A stretch of 64,000 bases of DNA from a virus (taxonomy: Duplodnaviria > Caudoviricetes). Both the position numbers and the translations under genes were made by a program. The stretch spans positions 1,688-65,687 of the IMG/VR virus record IMGVR_UViG_3300028559_000038; one strand, given 5' to 3'. Positions within the stretch are counted from its first letter, which is position 1. Every line of letters begins with the position of its first letter. Positions 58,581-64,000 of this stretch are shown here, piece by piece. The notes under the pieces were generated by a model that was given only the letters and a program-made list of their open reading frames with translations, was not told where the DNA came from and ran no database searches.

Positions 58581-59324
58581 TTGGAAACGCTGCAGAAGTC
58601 TCAGAAAATTATTATCTCGCCAGATATTGATGGTTTTATGTCGGCGGAGTTATTGAATCGTAAGTATGGTTCGAAAATTGTTGGTACGTATGATAAAAGT
58701 TTATTATGTCTTTCTGACGATGTAAAGCCGGAAGAATGTCTTTTTGTCGATTGTGACATGAATACAAAAGAATTCGTTTCGGTCGGAAATCATATGAGAG
58801 TTCAAAATGACAATATGGCTGATTCGTCGTTTAATCCAAATCGTTTTTGGAATACAAAAACATATACTGCGAAATTTCCATTTGCAACTTGTTTTTTAAT
58901 TTCGGCGGCAATAGAGATTGATCTTGATCTGTATGACCTCAAACGCATGGCTCATGCTGACTCAACACTAACTAATATGGATAATTACAGCAACAACATG
59001 CGTAACTGGTCAAAGAGGCTCAGGGATATAGATGTAAAACCAATTATTGAACAAACCTTAGATATTTCAGATATACGAGAGAAGTATCCAAACCAATCAT
59101 TTTCATCAAAAAGGTTTGGTAAGCAAAGGTATTTAGATACACTAAATAAGGCCCTAGAAAGCGAGGGGATGAACTATTCTCCAATCACCAATGGTATCAA
59201 GTACATGTGTGATATGGTTGGCTTAAACACCCTTACAAGGTATATGTGCGATATAATATCTTATGCGGAGATATATTCAGGTGAGTATAGTGTTACGTAT
59301 AACCAGGAGATAGAATGGAAATAA
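58581..59324 (+). CDS. DHH-phosphoesterase-like protein
   Basis: SPDIDGFMSA and FVDCD resemble DHH motifs I and II; GNH in place of DHH. Confidence 0.45.
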   Translation: METLQKSQKIIISPDIDGFMSAELLNRKYGSKIVGTYDKSLLCLSDDVKPEECLFVDCDMNTKEFVSVGNHMRVQNDNMADSSFNPNRFWNTKTYTAKFPFATCFLISAAIEIDLDLYDLKRMAHADSTLTNMDNYSNNMRNWSKRLRDIDVKPIIEQTLDISDIREKYPNQSFSSKRFGKQRYLDTLNKALESEGMNYSPITNGIKYMCDMVGLNTLTRYMCDIISYAEIYSGEYSVTYNQEIEWK

Positions 59325-59378
59325 TGGTATTAGGTTTAATTATGTTTGGTGTTTGCCTTATGGCTGTTATTAAGAAAT

Positions 59379-59579
59379 ATGTCAGATGATGTTAAGCCTT
59401 GGGATTTGTTTAATCCTAATCAGCCAAAAAGCACAGAAGACCTTGTTAAGTCCCGCTTAGAAATTTGTAAGTCTTGTGAGTACTTTAGACCTAAGACAGA
59501 AACTTGTCGTAAGTGTGGATGCTTTATGAAATTAAAAACAACTTTAGTAAATGCTAAGTGCCCTATTGGTAAATGGTAA
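59379..59579 (+). CDS. small Cys-rich protein
   Basis: RLEICKSC...CRKCGCFM...CPIGKW. Confidence 0.7.
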   Translation: MSDDVKPWDLFNPNQPKSTEDLVKSRLEICKSCEYFRPKTETCRKCGCFMKLKTTLVNAKCPIGKW

Positions 59580-59599
59580 AATAATGATACAATGGCTTA

Positions 59600-60322
59600 A
59601 TGAGCGTTAAAAGAATAGAGCCTTTTCAAATAGATCAGTTTCTTACAAAAGACCAAATAGATCTTATCTATAGAGTTGTTGATGAAAAGATGGAAAGAGG
59701 TCATAGAGAAAAGGGTGATAAGTACGACGAATTTTTTAAATTTCAAGGTAATGGTTTTATTACAAGCAACAAGGATTGGCCAATAGAAATTGTTAATATT
59801 ATTAAAAATAAAGCAGAAGAGTTAGGACAAGGACATGTCCCATATGAAAATGTAGTTTTAATCTATGCAAGATACACACATGACAGTGGTGGAGCACCAA
59901 ACTTAACTCCACACGTAGACGTTGTTACAAATAAAACCTTATATACCTGCACAGTTAGACTGAGATCTCTTAAGCAGTGGGATTTTTATGTTAAAGATGA
60001 AAAGTTTGAGATGGGGCTATATGGTTCGGCTGTTTGGCTTACTGGAAATCAAGATGCTCACTGGAGACCAGATTTAGAGTTTGGTCCAGGAGATTATTAT
60101 GACATTTTATTGTGTCAGGCTTGGTCAGATGATGATAATGATTTATATCCAGAAGATCATAAAGACAAAATGCTTGCTCAGGAAAAAGAATATTGCGAAA
60201 AATACAAAGATATGCTTCATATTGGGCTTGGCATGGCAAAGCCAAATCAAACAGATTGCGTAGGAAGTAGTGACGGCCAAACCACTGATGAGGCTTATGA
60301 AATGGCTAAGAAGCCTTATTAA
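59600..60322 (+). CDS. 2OG-Fe(II) oxygenase-like protein
   Basis: YARY...LTPHVD...HWRP; same family as 459..2740. Confidence 0.7.
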   Translation: MSVKRIEPFQIDQFLTKDQIDLIYRVVDEKMERGHREKGDKYDEFFKFQGNGFITSNKDWPIEIVNIIKNKAEELGQGHVPYENVVLIYARYTHDSGGAPNLTPHVDVVTNKTLYTCTVRLRSLKQWDFYVKDEKFEMGLYGSAVWLTGNQDAHWRPDLEFGPGDYYDILLCQAWSDDDNDLYPEDHKDKMLAQEKEYCEKYKDMLHIGLGMAKPNQTDCVGSSDGQTTDEAYEMAKKPY

Positions 60323-60328
60323 AAATTT

Positions 60329-60934
60329 TTAATACTGAAGATTAACGTTAATTACACATCTTAAATTGGTTTTAGTTGGCGCAGATATAGCGTGAAAATG
60401 TTTTCCATCCATAAGAATTGCTGCCCCTTTTTTAGGGGTTATCTTTTTCATTAATGTTAAATCTTTATATTCAAATTTTTTAGATAACTCTGCCTTTTCG
60501 TTAAAAACAAAAGTATCTCCATCTGAGTCGTTCACGTAATATAAAAAAACATAATGATCATTCATATTATCTACATGCGGATACATATGGCTATCATAGT
60601 CTGATCTCAGAGTCATATTAAATTTCATTCTTATTACTTTAGAGTATTCAATTTTATGTTTTTTACAAAACTTATCTATTAAGGATATAAATATTGGACT
60701 TACTTTATGATTATATTTCATGTCTTCAGTATTCCCTATTTGAAAACAAGAAAAATATGCGACATCTTTGACTGGAAAATCAACCATAGAATTTCCCTCT
60801 TCAAATTTATATTCGTATCCAGGCTCTGATTGAGTTCCAGGGAAATATGTCCAAGACTTTTCAGGGCTAAAATAATTTTTATCTATTTCTATTATTTCTT
60901 CTTCTGTTAAAAAGTTATCGTCATATATAAACAT
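60329..60934 (-). CDS. 2OG-Fe(II) oxygenase
   Basis: PHVD, LYYVNDSDGDT, FHA...RCVININ. Confidence 0.75.
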   Translation of the reverse strand: MFIYDDNFLTEEEIIEIDKNYFSPEKSWTYFPGTQSEPGYEYKFEEGNSMVDFPVKDVAYFSCFQIGNTEDMKYNHKVSPIFISLIDKFCKKHKIEYSKVIRMKFNMTLRSDYDSHMYPHVDNMNDHYVFLYYVNDSDGDTFVFNEKAELSKKFEYKDLTLMKKITPKKGAAILMDGKHFHAISAPTKTNLRCVINVNLQY

Positions 60935-61042
60935 TATCTAAATTTTTCATTTATAAAAAAAACAATTAATGTTATACCTGCAGCGATTGCAAGAATTAAT
61001 AACATCCTATCTGAGTGATCGTAAGATCCATAATGAGTTAGG

Positions 61043-61234
61043 CTATTCATTATTTCTCATATGATCTTTTTCAGATTTGCAAGAACAACTTTCACAACAA
61101 AACTCTTGAAAAACCTTTAATGCCAAACCATCATTTATAACAGACTCGCCATCTTGCAGTCTTGCTATGCTGCTCTCTGTTTCGTATCCTTTAGGTGTTT
61201 GCCTTGACCAAGATTCTGGATATTTAGATTCCAT
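61043..61234 (-). CDS. hypothetical protein
   Basis: GGAGG RBS; CCESCSC. Confidence 0.5.
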   Translation of the reverse strand: MESKYPESWSRQTPKGYETESSIARLQDGESVINDGLALKVFQEFCCESCSCKSEKDHMRNNE

Positions 61235-61367
61235 TGTCCTCCATGTATTTTAGACGTTCCTCAAGATGTGGATCTTTAAGTATTTCTTTAATAGCGTTTA
61301 TATCTTTTTGACTTGGCATACCGTCGTCATCTGCCATAGAGGCTTCTAAATTGTCTAGGATAGCCAT
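61224..61367 (-). CDS. hypothetical protein
   Basis: Likely start MAILDNLE at 61367. Confidence 0.5.
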   Translation of the reverse strand: MAILDNLEASMADDDGMPSQKDINAIKEILKDPHLEERLKYMEDNGI

Positions 61368-61368
61368 T

Positions 61369-61509
61369 TTAACTACAGGATGAGCAGTAATTATCAACAC
61401 GGAGTTGCTCTTTTGCAATCCACATAACCTTGCCACAGCGATAGCAAGCCTTCATAGAGTATTTTTTCTCTCTACGGTCTTTCCGAATCTCTAGTCCTAG
61501 TAAGTGCAT
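61369..61509 (-). CDS. 46-aa zinc-finger-like protein (not in ORF track)
   Basis: MHLLG...CYRCG...CSSCS; TGGTAAAAT 6 nt upstream of the ATG. Confidence 0.5.
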   Translation of the reverse strand: MHLLGLEIRKDRREKKYSMKACYRCGKVMWIAKEQLRVDNYCSSCS

Positions 61510-61565
61510 ATATTAATTTTACCATACAGGACCCTATTTGTCTAGTTACTCTTGACTATCCCGTT

Positions 61566-62354
61566 TTAAACTTTTGCTAGAACTGGGCTAAGTGCAGATT
61601 TTTCTCCTGCAATTGCTGCTTCAATTTCGTAACAAACAAAAGCATACTCCTCTACAAACATTTCCATTGATCTATCGTCACGAATATAGGGGGACTTTCC
61701 CTCTTCAATCAGCGACCTTTTTAATGTTTTTTCAACATCGTAGTTTAAGACTGTGTTTTCAAAGTGCTTCATGACATATCCATTTCTATCAATAAGATAC
61801 TTTTCGAAGTTGCCTCCCATGTCACCTCCACCATAGAAGCCCATGCTTAGCCATGGCGACATGAATTTTCCTTCTGTATCAAAGTCTTTTAGATGCTCTT
61901 TCATTTCACGCAAAGCCTTCATTTGTAATGAAATTTCTTGATAAATATCATGAGTTGGTTTAGTTTCTTGAACTAGTCCAGTTACTTTTGATGGTACATG
62001 TGGATACATTTCATAAAAATCTTTGTGTGGGAGTGAAGAAACCATTTCAGAATACTTAAATGTTGTTCCGTAAACATCTTCTCCGTAAGCCTTTGAATCT
62101 ATACCGCAATTAATTCCATCTGCCCATTTTCCAGAAGTAATTCCTGGACCACAATAATCATTTGTAGGAATAGCAATGATTTCAAACCCTTGATCCTGAT
62201 ATTTCTCTTGAAGCCACTGAAGAATTTCCATTTGATTAGCGTTACCGCAACCTACTGTTGTATTAACAACTAACGTAACTTTACCTTTGTACTGTTCAAG
62301 GAAGTTTGGGGTGCCTTCTGCAGAGTTTAGAGGAATTTCATAGATTGATTGCAT
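61566..62354 (-). CDS. glutathione-peroxidase-like thiol peroxidase
   Basis: LEQYKGKVTLVVNTTVGCG, FEIIAIPTNDY, NFEKYLIDRNG. Confidence 0.8.
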   Translation of the reverse strand: MQSIYEIPLNSAEGTPNFLEQYKGKVTLVVNTTVGCGNANQMEILQWLQEKYQDQGFEIIAIPTNDYCGPGITSGKWADGINCGIDSKAYGEDVYGTTFKYSEMVSSLPHKDFYEMYPHVPSKVTGLVQETKPTHDIYQEISLQMKALREMKEHLKDFDTEGKFMSPWLSMGFYGGGDMGGNFEKYLIDRNGYVMKHFENTVLNYDVEKTLKRSLIEEGKSPYIRDDRSMEMFVEEYAFVCYEIEAAIAGEKSALSPVLAKV

Positions 62355-62440
62355 GTATATATTATACCCTTATTAAATAAATAATGTTATTAATTTAGTT
62401 ATCGCTTAACTTCCCCGCAAAAATTTGATATGATTAAGTA

Positions 62441-62602
62441 ATGGATACAAACCTTACTTGGGCTGAAGAAGAAAACAATCTTTGGAAAGGCTGGACCTAC
62501 AGCCCTGAAAAGAATCGCTATTACTTTGATGATATTGGTAATGAGTCTCTTGCTGTTTTTTGGGCAGATGATTTCTTGAACCAAGCGTATGGTGTACAAT
62601 AA
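62441..62602 (+). CDS. 53-aa hypothetical protein (not in ORF track)
   Basis: MDTNLTWAEEENNLWKGW...; TGATATGAT 6 nt upstream. Confidence 0.55.
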   Translation: MDTNLTWAEEENNLWKGWTYSPEKNRYYFDDIGNESLAVFWADDFLNQAYGVQ

Positions 62603-62606
62603 AGTT

Positions 62607-62999
62607 ATGCTATTTCATAAACATTTATTGGTTAACGCCAAAGTAGAAAATCCTATCAATACCGAAGAGCAAGGCATTGACTTTCTTACCCGCCTAGTTG
62701 AAAATATTGACATGAAAATTATTAAAGGGCCTTTTGCGTCTTATGTTGACAAACCAGGCAATCGTGGACTTACGGCTATTGTAATGATAGAGACTAGCCA
62801 TATAGCATTTCATATCTGGGACGAAGAAGATCCATCATTAGTTCAGTTTGATTTATATACCTGCGGAGAATTAAATCTTGCCAAAGTACTTCTTGCTTTT
62901 GGAGAAACCTTTAAAGTTGTAAGTCTTGATTATCAATTGTTCGATAGAGAGAATGGCTTTGTCTTAGAAGACAGAGGATCTTGGCCAGAAATAATCTGA
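62607..62999 (+). CDS. speD: S-adenosylmethionine decarboxylase proenzyme (short class)
   Basis: HKHLL, GLTAIVMIETSHIAFHIW, FDLYTCG. Confidence 0.85.
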   Translation: MLFHKHLLVNAKVENPINTEEQGIDFLTRLVENIDMKIIKGPFASYVDKPGNRGLTAIVMIETSHIAFHIWDEEDPSLVQFDLYTCGELNLAKVLLAFGETFKVVSLDYQLFDRENGFVLEDRGSWPEII

Positions 63000-63114
63000 A
63001 AAAATTTTTATTTTCACTTTTATAGAAATCTGAATATTTTTTTCAGATGTACGATGCATGATTTAAAAAAATATAATAGAAAAATATAGTGAGCACATAA
63101 AGGGGGGAAGCCCT

Positions 63115-63228
63115 CTATGCTTGCTCTGTGTAGTGTGTCCTATCATAGTTAGCAAGTGTCCCACCATTTTCTAGGTGGGCTTTGCGTCTTAACTGTTCAG
63201 TAGAATACTCTACTGTTATTTTTTCCAT
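63115..63228 (-). CDS. 37-aa hypothetical protein
   Basis: MEKITVEYSTEQLRRKAHLENGG; followed by a GC hairpin and T run. Confidence 0.4.
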   Translation of the reverse strand: MEKITVEYSTEQLRRKAHLENGGTLANYDRTHYTEQA

Positions 63229-63356
63229 TGTCTTACTGACCACACTAGTGCGATAGTGCCAAAGAATAACCATGTGGGTAATTCTATCGCTATACCATTT
63301 GGGTATAGGTTGTTAACATATAGCGATATGTATTCTAAGTCTGCGTAGAACTCCAT
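63216..63356 (-). CDS. 46-aa membrane protein
   Basis: GAGG RBS; C-terminal hydrophobic helix LPTWLFFGTIALVW. Confidence 0.5.
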   Translation of the reverse strand: MEFYADLEYISLYVNNLYPNGIAIELPTWLFFGTIALVWSVRQWKK

Positions 63357-63358
63357 AA

Positions 63359-63547
63359 CTATTTAACCTCCTCATCTAAATTGTATTGAGCAGATAGATA
63401 GGCGTTAGCCTGACTTAGTGCATCAAGGATACTCTTATCCTCTCTATCGTAGCGAGCCTGTTGGCTCTTGCGTAGTTCATCTACTAGATGACCTCCACCA
63501 TGTTGAGCAACATCTGCTCTTAACTTGTTAAAGTCTATTGTATTCAT
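63359..63547 (-). CDS. hypothetical early protein
   Basis: GAAAGGA RBS; ORF track. Confidence 0.65.
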   Translation of the reverse strand: MNTIDFNKLRADVAQHGGGHLVDELRKSQQARYDREDKSILDALSQANAYLSAQYNLDEEVK

Positions 63548-63658
63548 TTTAGTTTATCCTTTCTAGATAACTTTCTTTATACCTGCAATTCTAGCAGGGG
63601 GGTCTGACAATTTGAGGGTATTTCCCTAGTGTCGTGGTGTGAGATACCTCACTTACTT

Positions 63659-63772
63659 GCTACGCTCATCCTATTGCTAGGCTTATTTGGTAGGCTCATT
63701 GAGGCTATCTAATCTCTGACTCACTTATTCGCTAGGCTCATCCTCTTGTTGAGGGTTATTCGCTAGGCTCAT
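63659..63772 (-). repeat. five ATGAGCCTAGC-like repeats
   Basis: Exact 17-mer TTATTCGCTAGGCTCAT at 63725 and 63756 plus three degenerate copies. Confidence 0.8.
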
Positions 63773-63805
63773 TGAGTCTGCTTCTTTATTTTTTTGTATA
63801 ATGGA

Positions 63806-63834
63806 ATTATAGCAGAGATAACCCCAAAAGTCAA
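63806..63834 (-). promoter_or_regulatory. near-consensus sigma70 promoter
   Basis: TTGACT-N17-TATAAT with TG extension. Confidence 0.8.
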
Positions 63835-63932
63835 GACGACACGCCGTGAATAACACGCATGTAATTAGTGATTTACACCACATAGACACACCCGAAAGCG
63901 CCGGCATCCGACACGCCCGACCTCGTTGTTAA

Positions 63933-63995
63933 GTATCCACAGGGGTTATCCCCAGACACGCCCATACTGGCGGGTATACTGATGAGTTATCCACA
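63933..63995 (+). promoter_or_regulatory. cluster of DnaA-box-like 9-mers
   Basis: GTATCCACA 63933, TTATCCCCA 63946, perfect TTATCCACA 63987. Confidence 0.6.
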
Positions 63996-64000
63996 TGACG

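Noticed and set aside
61566-62354. Selenocysteine in the GPx-like gene
   Set aside because: The active-site codon is TGC; no in-frame TGA
63725-63907. 60-aa ORF in the track
   Set aside because: Runs through a promoter and repeat motifs with no RBS; more likely non-coding
1-64000. Stop-codon reassignment or prophage context
   Set aside because: Genes are full length in the standard code, with TAA, TAG and TGA all used as stops; no integrase, repressor or host flank seen

Overview
This window is a 64-kb segment of a large, AT-rich, long-tailed dsDNA bacteriophage, probably lytic (no integrase seen). An actinobacterial freshwater host is inferred from leaderless TGnTATAAT promoters, PASTA and DUF4430-like genes and the class II RNR. 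Almost all genes are on the minus strand. In coordinate order it holds: a replication module (resolvase-like nuclease, RecA, DnaE, SSB, primase, DnaB); tail and head morphogenesis genes (tape measure, two paralogous tail chaperones, major tail, capsid, protease/scaffold, portal); a B12 cassette (nrdJ, transcobalamin-like protein, small membrane protein, PduO); about 10 2OG-Fe(II)-oxygenase-like domains; fibre proteins; glycosyl- and methyltransferases; a secreted lysozyme-like protein; one tRNA(CCG); a GPx-like gene; SAM decarboxylase; and a motif-rich non-coding end with DnaA boxes, CRP-like sites and repeats. The best candidate for an undescribed system is a twice-repeated cassette: fibre protein ending GDLxA, then a small FN3 or PASTA protein ending in (PFGAFGFT)n-SPPFR, then oxygenase(s). 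One copy also carries a detached, Cys-less Hint domain. All calls come from motif reading by eye; no database searches were run.
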